From Vitrella brassicaformis CCMP3155 (taxonomy: Eukaryota; Protista; Chromerida), in the NCBI GenBank assembly GCA_001179505.1, contig CDMY01000383.1, positions 26,816 to 90,815 of the forward strand: a stretch of DNA of 64,000 nucleotides, written 5' to 3'. How positions within the stretch are numbered: position 1 is the stretch's first letter; the number at the start of each line of letters is the position of its first letter. The notes below the pieces were generated by a model. That model did no database searches. It saw only the letters and a list, made by a program, of their open reading frames with translations, and was not told the DNA's origin. The translations under genes and the position numbers were made by a program. Below are positions 14,121 through 26,048 of this stretch, one piece after another.

Positions 14121-15447
14121 CACCTTGGAGTGAAGGAAGAAGCGACAAGTGGATACACGGCACGGACATCCCAACTGCTGAGAGCTAGCTGGCTGGGTAG
14201 GCTACACGTGGCCCATAGTGGCCCCGGGCAGGGCAGGCCGCGCCGCGCCGTGCACCCCCGCTCTTACCCGACTCCCCCACCCACCTGTCTTAGATTAGTG
14301 GTGCACACTCATCCATCCATCCATCCATCGGCCAGACAGGAAGGGAGCCAGCCAGTCAGTCAGTCACGTGGGAGGCCAGGCGGCAGGCAAGGCAAGGCAA
14401 GGCAAGGCCACTGCTGAGTGTGCGAGAAAGAGTCACCCATTGTTTCGTGTGACAAATAGGCCGTCCAGCAAGAGAGAGAAAGAGAGGAAAGACAGGGGAA
14501 CATATGTATCATCAATTCATTCATGGATCTGTCTTTCATTCGCTGTCCCCTCCAACACCCACCCCATGTGTACAGCTAGCCACGCCACAGCGGCATAGCA
14601 TGTGTGAGTACCAGGGTGGCATTTGTCGGTACACACCGGTGCCTTCTCGCCTCGCACCCGTCCTTTCGCTACCAATGCCTGCTCGTCTCGGTGCAGACGA
14701 GCTTGCACTCGTGGCCAGAAACGGGCAGAGGGGAAAAAGCCTCCCGTCGTGCGTACCGCACCACAACCACTCGATCACCCACCCACCCGGTCAAAATGGC
14801 AGCAGTCGAGTCATTCGACAGGTAGATAGTGTCTATCAACAGGAGACGACTTCCGGCAAGCGCGGTCTTTCGTGGGTGCAGGGGCGTCGGTGAATTCGCT
14901 GCCCCCGAGCCCGTTCCATGACTGCCTACCCGCGTCGGGAGGGCTGGCAGTCATAGAACGCGTCCAGGGGTTCAAATTCACCGGCACCACCAGCACCGAG
15001 GCACGCCAGAACGAGAGCCCATCCATCCATGCATTCCACCCAGTCGATCCCCAGCAACCCCAGTAAGTGTGTGTGCACTCGCCAGGCAGCATACATAGGG
15101 ACCGATAGATAAAGACAGCTCAGTCCGGGAAAAGGGGCGGCGAAAGACAGACAGAGGCAGAGCCAGAGGGACCAACCGGCAAAGCTTGTCCATTCAGAGC
15201 GGGAAGAGCAAAGGAAGCTTATGAATTATGGAGATAGACATGTACTTATGTCGGTTCCATAAAGAGTGTCAGTCAGGGAGGCGGCCAGGCAACGCGCAGA
15301 CAAGACAGCCAAAAAGCGAACCGACCCCCCTGCCCCCTTCCACCCCCATCACTTGCCGAGCCGAAAAACTTTCCCCGCCCTCTCACGCAAGTGTCTGGCT
15401 ACTTCATCACCCTCCTCCCTCCCTCCCCCCTCCCCCTGCCGGAGGCC

Positions 15448-18400
15448 TCACTGGGAGGCGAGAATGGACCCCCCACACATGCACATGCCCAGGCGCCTCA
15501 CGGCGTGCAGCACCGTCGCGTTTTTGGCCCTGGCCGCCGCCCTGAGGAAGGTGTCGCCGTCCTCGTCGGTGGTGGTCAGCGAGTACCCCGCCGACAGCAG
15601 GAAGCGGACGGCGGTGGCCACGAGGGTGGCGCGCTTCTCCAGCTGGCTGCCCTTGACGAGGGTGATCTTGCTCAGCATCTGCTCGATGTCGCGGCCCGTG
15701 AACTCCTGGTTGGCCAGGGAGAACAGGGCGTCGTAGCCCTGGCGCGCGGGCTCGTCAGCGAGGCGCGACAAGATGCCGCAGGCCATCTCGATGCTGAGCT
15801 CGTCGCTGGCGGCCTCGAGGTTGGCCTTCTTGGTGGCACGCTTGTTGCGCTGCTCGCGGGGGCCGAAGGCCTTCTGGTTGATGGCGGTCCACCTGCCCTC
15901 GGGCGCCGACGCACGCACCGCCAGGAAGTGCAGGACCGCCCACATGTAGATCATCTGACAAAACCAAGAAGAGAAGGAAACACAGCACAGGACACAACAC
16001 AGCACAAGGCACCACACACAACGGATGAATCCTTGCAGCCGCCCAGAGTGTTGTGTGTGTTTCTTTGTATGTTGGTTGACCTGTTTGGCGTGGAGCTGGC
16101 ACAGCGGCAGCATGCTGTTGGGGTTGAGTGGGGGCTGCTTGTCCTCACCCATGGCGTCCCTGGCCTTGAAGATGGCACAGATGAGGTTGGTGGGGCTGAC
16201 GCAGCTCGCCATGCAGAACTCGCAGTGGTGCCGCGGCCCTGACGACGGCATCACCGTCATGGGAAACAGACACGGCAGCGACGTCTGAAGGAGCCACACA
16301 CACACCACACACACACACACATACACACACACAAATGGCTATGGGAACAGGTAGGTCCATCTATGTGCGTGGAAATGACTTACGGGCGGAATGGTGAAGT
16401 ACGTCCGTGCGGTCATGTTGGTGGGGTTGATGCCGCGGGACAGGGCCACCTTCCTGCAGGGGCCGCACACCTGCACCACCTGGTTGAGGGCCTCGTCGTC
16501 CTTGTCGCCCCCGTCCGGGCTGTCATCCAGACGACGCGACCACTCGTCCTGGTCAAACGCCACAGCAGAGACACCAACACCACCCTTACTAGACGAAGAC
16601 TGCTGCTGCTGCTGACGCGGCCCTGCAGCCATGCACATCAACACATATCACGACATGCAGGGGTCTTATGGCTGGCCGCCTGTCATCCTGCCATTGTCTC
16701 CCCTCACCGGCGTCATTGGGCCCAGCGGTGAGCGGCGGCAGCGACTCCCGCTCAGAGCTGTCGTCCCCATCCGACTCGCCAGTCACGTCGCCAAACCCGT
16801 CACTCTCCGACTCGGATGCGTAGTCCAGCGTCCAGCCCCCGCCGTCCCACGGCCGACTGGCAGCATCGTCCCACGGCCGACTGGACCCTGCCGGCTGCTG
16901 CTTGGCGAGTTTGGCCTCCTTGGCCTCCTTGGCCTGCTTCTGCTTGAGCCGCTTCTCTCGCTTCTTCTCGGCCTTCCTGTTGCCGGCCGGCATCGGTGGG
17001 GGGATGGGGCCGCCGCCCTTGCCACCACGCACAGCACCAACCTTCTTGGCTGGAGCAGGGGCGGGGGGCCTGATGGAGGGAGGAGGAATGAGGCACACAT
17101 GGCATGGATGGGTGGCGATCGTGCGTGTCGACACATCTATGTGTGTGGTTGGTACCGACCTGTCTTGCTCTGGCCCTGGCTGCTGCAGCCGTGCTACTTC
17201 TTCCTCTGCCTCCTGCAGTGCTGCGGCCAATGCGGCGTCGGACTGCGTGTCCTGAATGGACACAACACACACACACACACACACACACATGACTCGACCG
17301 CTTCGTGGATGTACGGATTGTCTCCCTCTCTCCATGTCTGCGTGCCTGTCTGCCTGTCTGTCTCACCTGGTGGATCTGCCCACCCTGATCGCCGTCACTA
17401 CTCCCGGCCGTCCTATGCCCCTCCCCCTCCCCGCCTCCCTGCCCCTCGTCCCCACCGCCGCCCGTCTCACTCTGGTCCACCTGCTGTTGCTGTTGGTGCA
17501 TGAGTTTCTCGTGCTGGTGCTTCTCCTTGGTCTTCTTCTTGCGCTGCACGGCGCGCGACAGGCCCTGGTTGCGGGGCTTCTCCTCCTCGATGACCTTCTC
17601 CTCATACATGACCTCCTTGTTGGAGTTGAAGCCGTACTTGCCCTTCTTACGCTCGTTGTGCTCCAGCACCCGCATCACCGGCACCAGCACCACATGCCGC
17701 TTCTTTTCCTCCTTCTCACACTCAGCCGAAGTACCCTCAACCTGCTGCCCCTGCCCCTCCCCGTGGGCCTCTACACGCGGCACGTCGCCGTCTCGCAAGG
17801 CCGCCTCGGAAGCACTAGCAGCAGCAGCTGCTGCTGCTGCTGCACCGTCTGACGTGGTGGTGGTGGTGTGGGTAGCCGCCCCGGGCTGTGCGAAGCTGTT
17901 CCACTCTGCCTCCAAGTCGGCGAGGAAACTGTCGCCAGTGCGCTTGGGGCGAGAGGGGGCTAACTGTGGTGGTGGTGGGGGCGGGGGGGCATGCATCACC
18001 CGGGGGGGCGGGAAAGGCTCGGATGAGGGGCCTGACGAGGAGGAGGGGTGGGACGGGACACGCGAGGCCGCCGAGCGACCGCGATGCACAATGGAGAAGG
18101 ACGGCTCGGCGGGCTTGGTGTTCGGCACAGTAGCCGTGACGGTGAAGCGGGCCGCATAGATCATGCCCATTTCGAGAAGGTGGTTGAGCAGCGACTCGCT
18201 GAAGGTCGATATGTCGTCATCGGGGTCCTCGGGTGTGACAGAGACCTCCAGCTGATACTCCTGCTGGGCCACGTGGCAGCACACGCGCGCCTCCAGCTCA
18301 TTCAGTTTGTTGACTGCCGTGGTGCGCTCTGGCGGCAAGTTGGCGCGCTTCAGCTCCTCGAAGGCGAAACCATACAGACCCTCTAGCCGCTCTTTGTCCT

Positions 18401-20470
18401 CAGACTTGACGAACTCCTCACTCAGCCCGGTGAGCGGATCTTTCGCCCATGACACACCACCACCACCTACGGCGCCATTGAGACGCCCGGAGGGGCCAGG
18501 GCCGTCTTCAGGGTAGCCGTTGAGCGACGCATACGGCCCAGCAGCAGAGAGAAAGCCATTCATTGGCCGAGCCACAGGTGAGGGAGAGCCCCAGAAACCG
18601 TCGTCATCGCCTTCAGGCGTCGTCTCATTCGGCTGCACCTCCCTGAGGGCATCGTCCATAACAGTAGGCTGCTCCAGCTGTGTGGGCAGGGGGAGGGGTG
18701 GAGGGATCGGTGGGCCCCCCATGCCCGTGGGCATCATGCCGTGGCCGAGTCCGTGTGGTGGAGGGGGGAAGAGAGGTGGTGGGTTTGCGCGAGAGCCACG
18801 GCCACGTCCGACGCCCGGAGGGATGGGAGGGGGGAAGGGGGGCGGGCCGTTCATAAACTTATACTGCTGCTGCTGCTGCTGGTGGTGGTGGGGTGGTTTC
18901 GGTGGCAAGCCGTAGCCATGGTAAAATGGACAGGCGTCTCCAGAACGGCACTTGCCCTCCTTCCAGAAATGACACGGCTTCTGATAGATAGATAGACAGA
19001 GAAACAGGTAGACAGACAGCACACAGATAGATGCACATACGCGTGAGTGCCGATCTCCCCGCCCGCCTGTCTGCCTGCCTGCCTGCACCCATCGCGTCGC
19101 TTGTGTGTGTGGCGTGCTTACACTGGCCCGCCAGTCTGTCTTGGTGGTGGCCGTTCTGGGGTCCTTCTTCTTGCTGCCCCGCGGCTGCACCGTCGAGCCC
19201 TCCCTGAGCCATGCAGGAGCCATCGCAGTAGGGATGGCCGAAGAGCTCCCGGCACCAGCCGCCGCCCCCGAGCCGCTCTCTGATGTGGACAGAGCGGGCG
19301 AGACGCGCTGCGATATGCTGCCGTGGGGCATGGGGGGCTGTGTGGACGAGCTGGACGACGGCATGGGGCCGGGGCGGTGGTGGGGACGGGGGAGTCGGGG
19401 GATTCGCCGCTTCAGCTCTTCTAGGAAGCGCATGTCGACGATGCGCGGCAGGTCCTCGCCGGCACGAATGTACAGCGAGTTCTGGTATGTGTCGCGGAGC
19501 TCTCGCTCGTTGTGGGCAAAATGGCCTGAAGGCAGGAGGGACCCACACACATACACACATACATACATAGGTACACATGGGTGTGTTGTGGTGTGGATGC
19601 GGGAGTGACGGCGTGTTTGCGCGAGCGCTTACATTCGTCCATCCTGTTGCAGTTGGGGTGGTATCGGCACATGGTGGTCTTGTAGAGCAGGCCCTTCTGC
19701 TCGCTATCGCCACCCCTCTGCCGCAACGCCTGGATCACATCCTGCGATGTCGTCGAGTTGTAGGTCATCACCAGCCGCTGGCCGCCGCCCCTCTGCTGGC
19801 CAGCCCCTCGACCCGCCCCACCACTAGCAGATGACGGCGGCGCCACGCCCCCAGCGCCCCGACCTGCTGCCGCCAGCTGTCGCGCTCGCATCTCTGCGAG
19901 TGTGATGCCCGGGTTGATGGGAGGGTCGGACGAGTGCACTGTTACTCGTGCCGGTGCATGCGCGGGACGCTCCTTTCGACGCTTATCGGCCTCCTCTGAA
20001 CGAATGGATGGATGGAGGGGCGCACGGGACACACACACACAGGCACGTCACGTCAGCGTCGCATTGCTGTGTGTTGTGGTGAGCTGTCACCCACCCGCCC
20101 CCGCCCACCCACCTTCGCCAGCGCGGCAGAAGGGACAGACCGCTTCGAGCTTCGTCTGACAATCCTGCCAACACACAACATGCACACGTACAATCAGACA
20201 TGCACATCCTCATATGCACTCCCTCTCCTGATCAGCTGATTCTCAGCCTCCCCCTCTCATCTCATGTGTGTCGTCCCTCCCTCCCACCTCGAAACATTTT
20301 GAGCAGAGGTTCTTGCCGCAGCACTCCGTCTGCAGCATCTGGTGGTCCTCCTCGTCCCACTCGTGAAAACATATGTGGCACACACCGTCCCAGTCCTCAG
20401 ACAGCGTCTCCTCCCCCTCACCCGCACCGCCGCCCGACGCACCGGGCGCCAGATCCTCCGCGCTCAACAT
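15448..20470 (-). CDS. RING-finger + two CCCH zinc fingers + UIM-like motif protein (putative RNA-binding E3 ligase), about 9 exons; 3' end uncertain
   Basis: Spliced N-terminus CHICFHEW...TECCGKNLCSKCFETKLEAVCPFC (RING-like). CCCH1 LYKTTMCRYHPNCNRMDECHFAHNEREL; CCCH2 KPCHFWKEGKCRSGDACPFYH; DAALAAALQEAEEE (UIM-like); long low-complexity linkers. ATG at 20470. The last exon may splice further through a GC donor near 15488. Confidence 0.75.
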
Positions 20471-20906
20471 CACCACTACTTCTCGCCTACTTCAGCCAAG
20501 AAAGACCGCCAGAAGCCTCAGCGGCGAGAGTGGACCTCGTTTGTCGTCTTAAAACTGCCGAACTAAAAATTTCCCCTTCGCACCGACACAGGACGTCAGC
20601 AGCAGCTCATCCGGCGAGTCGACGCCTCTCACAGCGTCCCATCGTCAGCCGACGGCCGCTTCCGAGAGACGTTCGCTCACATACACCCGGTGAAGGAGCG
20701 AAATCGATAGACAGCAGCTATCCGCCAGCCCCTCAATTGCTCTCCAGAAGCTACGTCGCCCAATTTCGCTTGTCACGTTGCAAGCTCAAAAAACCACTTT
20801 GACGGGTGGAGGTTCCTTCCGGTCAGACAGCTTGGTGGATCTGTCAGGGCCCCCCTGAAGGCACGTGATCCAGCAGGTTGTTGGATCTATCCAGTTTTTT
20901 GTAGCG

Positions 20907-21690
20907 ATGGTCAAGCTCGTGGTAAGCCAGCCCCGACGCCGCAGACGCCGTTCGAGCGCAGCAGCCACACGTCCACTATGGCTTCTGGTCGCTGAGCTGT
21001 GCTGTGCTGTGGTGTGCTGTTGTGTGCAGGTGCCTTCCGACATCACCGTAGCCGAGGAGAAGACGTCCCTTGGTGTGCGCAAGCTGACGAGGATGGAGCA
21101 TCTGGGTCTGCTGCTGTACCCGCCGACGCTGCACTTCAACTACACCAAGCCCGACAAGAGCGACATGTACAAGGTCCTCACCAAGCGGTTCTCACAAGAC
21201 AAAGTCAGACCCTACATCGCAGAGATATGCGCCACCAGACAGGAATCCATCTCAAAACAGGTCAGTCAGGCGACAGAGGGAGGGAGGGAGGGAGGGAAGG
21301 AAGGAATCACACGCTGGCTGCAGTGGTCTGGCCGACTCGCTTTGCATTCGTGTGTCAGGTCCAGTGCATGGTGTATCTGTGGCTGGGCACGGCTGTGACG
21401 ACGGTTGGCACGTGGTACTCGCTGCGACACTACGACTGGAAGGCCAAGCTCATCACGCTGCCCTTCATGGCATACGGCGGCTCCTGGCTCGGCAGATGGA
21501 CCGGAGACCTCATAACCTGCAGGTACGTACGTCACGCCATGCCACCAATACCCAATGAGTACACAGGGAGGGGAGGGGTCCCTGCATGTCGCAATGCTCG
21601 TGTGTGGGGGTTGTCAGATGGTGGGAGTATGGTCGTGACCGCTGGCTGGCGTCCCTCCCGGGTAAGACCGTCTACTCACCTGCACAGTGA
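20907..21690 (+). CDS. Small (about 160 aa) two-TM hypothetical membrane protein, 4 exons (20907-20921, 21030-21260, 21359-21522, 21618-21690)
   Basis: Clean GT-AG splicing gives MVKLVVPSDITVAEEKTSLGVRKLTRMEHLGLLLYPPTLHFNYTKPDKSDMYKVLTKRFSQDKVRPYIAEICATRQESISKQVQCMVYLWLGTAVTTVGTWYSLRHYDWKAKLITLPFMAYGGSWLGRWTGDLITCRWWEYGRDRWLASLPGKTVYSPAQ*. Strong GC3 codon bias. Confidence 0.8.
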
Positions 21691-22355
21691 GGCTGGGAGG
21701 CATGCCGGCAGCCAAGGCAACCGAAGGCGGCTGGAGGGAGGGAGAAGTGGGTCATACGTGGTTTGTACGTAGCACCACATGGCTCGTGTGTGATCGATCG
21801 CTGAAGGATGGCGAATGGCGAGCACTGTACTCAATGCAGGAGAGCAGAATGGCTTGTTTGCCGAGGTGATGGTGCCGTCTGATCTACGTTTGATGGGCCC
21901 TTGCGTTAGCTCTCTCATCGCAATAGAGCGGGTGGGCGTGAGCTATTTGTTGGGATCATCAAGCGCTGATCAGACGGCCCGCACAGAGGAGGGCAAGCAG
22001 GCAGGAGAATATATGGCTGAACCAAGCTTCATGTGATGATGGAAATGTCCGCCGTGTGTGTGCCGGTGTCTCCATCGTCTTGCCGCACATCCTCCGCAGC
22101 CTTCAGCAGTGGGGCTGCGGTGGTACGTGGCCAAGGTGTTGGCGGCATCGGCACACACAGGCGGCTGTTCGTATGAGAGACCCTTCTGTATGCCCGCCAT
22201 GACGCAAGTGATAAACGCATAAACGCACGTCACATCAATGCGATTCGTCCGATCGTCATATCACCAAACACCCAGCGACACATACGAGTTGCCTACAGCC
22301 TGGGTCTACACATCAGTCTTGTCTCCGCTACTGGATGGCTACTCACTCTGCGCAC

Positions 22356-25300
22356 CTACTGCGACACCAACCGGGGTTTAGATACCACAGCACCGCCCCG
22401 CAGCAGCATCCAACCCGAACACGCGACGCTCAACACTGCCATGACGACCAGCACACCCGAAGAGCACTCCACCAGCCAAGAGAAGGCCTGCATGAACCAG
22501 TAGACCGACTCGGGGGCAAATCCCTCGCCCAGCAACCACCACACCTTGCCCTCAGACAGCACTCTTGCCGGCAGGGAAGCGGGCAGAGATGCCAGGGAAG
22601 CATCCAGCTGGTGCAAAGCCGTCACGAGCGGACCGGCGTATCTCTCTATCCACAGGAGTCGCGTCACAGAGCCAGCAGCCATGAGGGTCACGGTTCGAGA
22701 GAGCCCCCTCATCGGGCCGATGACCGTCGCATAGGTGGGCAAGAGGAACCACTCGATCGCCCGCAGCATCTGTTCCACCATCACGCGATGCCCCACCTGG
22801 CCGAGCAGGAATCCGCTGCTCACAGCCGTCACCAGAAACCCTCTCCACTGGTCGAATAAGAGGCAGGGGATGACCAGAAGCAGCATGAACTCGGTCAGCA
22901 CTCGCCGGACGCCCGAGTGTGGCTTTCGAAGTGGTTTGAGGTGGGCCGGGTGGGGCGCGGGTGAGAGGCTGCGTGGCGTGGTGGGGTGGGGGGGCGGGGG
23001 CGAATCGGAGTCGCAAGAGAGACTGGGGGACTGGTACAACAGCAGGTCGCAGCAGTCCTGGGAGTATCCGTCCACGAGGTTGTTCAGGAAGTACCTGACG
23101 ACGTAAGGAGCACACAGACGATATCCTCAGGCAGGCTCTGTCCGTCTTGCCCGTCCCACCTGTGTATGGCGTTTTTGCCGTCCTGCAGCAGCCCAGCCGT
23201 CGTGCGCTTCCCCAGCCGCGTAAAGTCGGTCTTGAGGGCGGGCGTGCCGGCATACAGGGCACTGAGGGCATCCGCATTGTCGGCCCACGCATCGCGGAAC
23301 AGCTGCTCGAAATCCTCATTCGCCAGCGGCGCAAACGGGTCGTCAGACGCCTGCACACATGGCATTACGCCAGACATTGAGCCATGTCTGAGTGGCTGAG
23401 TGGCTGTCTCTCTGTGGCTGACTTACATGGGTGCCGTCGTCAGTGTATCCGATGCAGAGTCGCTTGAGCTGCTGCCGCAGCGAGCGGCGTGCCAGGAGTG
23501 ACTGCACCACGTTGGTGCGGTCGAGACAGTCGACACAGTTGGTGCGACACACGCCCGACTGCTTGAGCAACACCTGACCAGCCAGCGCCATGTCCTGCAC
23601 ACACACAGAGAGCATGTGGCCACGCCACGCATGCGTCAATGGCAGCGGTGTGTGTGTGTGTGTGTGTGCGTGCGTACCTTCGTGTGTGGGGGTCTGTCTG
23701 TGAGCAGGGTGTCGCTCCTGCCGCCCTCAATCGGCCCATTCTGCTGCGGCTCTTGGTGCTCGGGAGCTGGTGGCGGTGGTGGGTTGGTCGACGGGACGTC
23801 GTGCAGTTCTATGAGCGTGTATGCCTGGTGGTCGAGGTCGTCCTGGATCTGTCCCATGAGCTTGGACAGGTTGTGCCACTGCATCTTGCGACACTCCTTG
23901 TGGAAATCAAACCTGCACGAAGGAATGGATTGATGGACATCTTCAGCATTTCCACCGTGGTGTGTGTGTGTGTATCGACCAGATGTAGTGGAGGTTTGGG
24001 CTCTCCGTCTCCTCCACCACACGAGTGAACGCGTCCCCAAGACGCTGAGCCAATACACAGAAGAGAAACAACGCTGTTCTGTTTGGTCTCTGTGTGCCGA
24101 GCTTTGCTAATGCGTTGTGTACCTTTTGCCAGCTCTTCATGTCGACTAGATTTATCAGCAGATTCCGTCCATACAACCTGATGACACACACACATTTGCG
24201 CGGGCACTCTGCCTCCCTGCCAGCCCTCTCGTCGCCCAGTCCACTCACTTGACACATTCCTCCAGGTGCCGGGTGCCTGCGGCGAAATTCGCGCTGAAGT
24301 CACCGCATATCTTGGCCTTCGGGGCCCACCTGACACACACACACACACAAACATCAGCTAGCACACCAAGGACGGAACAGATAGATCGGATCATTATGGT
24401 GGCGGAGCGAGCAGCTGACTTGAGGTTTGGCGGTTGTTTCCACACGAGCGGGATAGAGCCTCTCGTCTGCACATGGCTGCAGATGCGGTAGCGGCCCCCC
24501 TGGTGGCATATCAACAGCTGCTCCGTCTCAACGAAGTTGGACGCATAACCTGCCAACACACACAACGCAGACAAGGCATCTCATCTTTCTATTCGGTAGT
24601 TCGATGCCATGTCTTTATGACCGTTTTGGTTGACGCCTCGGCGGTGGAATCGCACGCCAGCCCTGCGGCAGTCGCGCCTCGAGATGAGCACCAGCTTCAT
24701 GTTACGGCCCATGCCAGGCACCTCATGCATCAACACACACCTGCACCTCGCACCAGACGCCACGCAATGCAATGCACACAGCGATTTGGCATCCGACCCA
24801 TCCCATCCCATCCCCCAGTGACTCACCCGTTGATGACCATGGTGGTCCAGTTGGGTGCATGTGCGGTGATGGGGCCCTCGAGCATGCGCCGATTCCACAC
24901 GAACCGTGGGTCACACTTGAGCACACGGGGAGTCTCGTAGTGGAAGTCGCTCCACCCATCGCCAGCACCACGCAACTGCCGGGCCGTCCGCGTCAGGTCC
25001 CACCTGCATTCATTCACACATCGAATGCAATGCATGCATACACATGAACAAGGGCGCTCAGACATGCGTGTCTGTCCTGTGGCCTACCCCTGTGAGAAAT
25101 AGAATCCGCCCTTGTGCAGGAGTTCGGCGACCATGTCCTTTGCCAGTTTGCTCTCGGCATCCTCCTCCCCATCGCCTCCATCATCGATGCGAAGGAACTC
25201 ACACCGCCGTATCTCGAAGACAGGCCGCTTCACGATGTCACCAGTGTAGAGACACTCGGTGACAACCACCAGATAACGCACTGCACCGAAGGTGAGGGTG

Positions 25301-25494
25301 CCGAGGCATGCCCAGGCTGACAAGGCCGACAAGGGCGGGGAGGGCTGCGGCGGCGGCAGCAGCTCCATGCGGACAGTGCCGTCGTGTGTGAGCAGATGCA
25401 GAGAAGCCTGGTCAGGTGCACGGCGGACCACCACTCTGTCATCGTGGATCTCAACGGAGAAGAAAGGATGGAAGATCAGCCTTGCGTCAGTCAT
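22356..25494 (-). CDS. SAC1: SAC1-family phosphoinositide phosphatase with C-terminal TM segments, about 11 exons
   Basis: Catalytic [21 protein letters not shown] (CX5R), [83 protein letters not shown], hydrophobic C-terminus ending KPRLVSQ* like other Sac1 proteins. Confidence 0.93.
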
Positions 25495-25589
25495 TGCACA
25501 TGCGCATCCGAGGCTCGCTCCTCCTTTCCTCTTCACACCCGCGAGCTTAGCGTGCTGACGGTGCGAGATGTCTTTGCCCGGCCTTCACG

Positions 25590-26048
25590 ATGAATACGGA
25601 GTCGTCTGGTGACCAGCAGCGCTTTGTTGTCGAGAGCGAGTTCCGCAATCGCATCGTCAGCCTCGCGAAGAAGCTGAACGCCCGGCAGCCGCTCATCCCT
25701 GATTCGCTGGCGCAACACCACCTGCACCGCGCTGGATGCCGCGCAGATAGCGACATGGTGGCCCTGCGACTGCTGGCGGCGGCGGCGGAGAGGCAGCTGC
25801 TCCAGATCTGTCGAGACATGAAGGATGTGGCCGACCTCAGGCAGGAGACTCAACGGCTTCCCGAGCGCTCTGCAGCCATTGCGACGGCGGATGACCTGAC
25901 CTTTGTGCTGCGGGAGGACTACGGCGAGAGTGTGAATCGCGAGGGCAGGGGCGAGTCTCGGCGTGCTGCCGGTGGTGCTGGTGCTGGTGTGGCGCACTCG
26001 TCGCAGGAGAGGTCGCTGCAGAGGAGGGAGGGACAGCTGCAGAGATAG
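25590..26048 (+). CDS. TAF10: TAF10-like histone-fold subunit of TFIID/SAGA, single exon
   Basis: RQPLIPDSLAQHHLHRAGCRADSDMVALRLLAAAAERQLLQICRD...ATADDLTFVLREDYG aligns by eye with the TAF10 consensus (PTIPDAV..YYL..AG...SDPR..RLISLAAQKF..DI...LT.EDL..AL.EYG). Confidence 0.8.
   Translation: MNTESSGDQQRFVVESEFRNRIVSLAKKLNARQPLIPDSLAQHHLHRAGCRADSDMVALRLLAAAAERQLLQICRDMKDVADLRQETQRLPERSAAIATADDLTFVLREDYGESVNREGRGESRRAAGGAGAGVAHSSQERSLQRREGQLQR

Noticed and set aside
14918-14954. ATGA-initiated hairpin as a SECIS element
   Set aside because: ATGA is Watson-Crick paired with TCAT instead of forming a GA quartet, there are no apical AA residues, and no upstream Sec-type ORF is supported.
14960-14995. 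tRNA gene, based on the GGTTCAAATTC T-loop/B-box
   Set aside because: No acceptor, D or anticodon arms can be folded around it.
14797-15066. Small spliced gene starting MAAVESFDR
   Set aside because: The splice leads to TGA after about 21 codons, and the alternative frame lacks an ATG; there is no recognisable homology.
16631-17503. Long plus-strand ORFs overlapping the RING-CCCH gene (similarly 27770-29107 over VSR and 53263-54024 on the minus strand)
   Set aside because: Antisense shadows of GC3-biased coding exons, with no independent domain or splice support.
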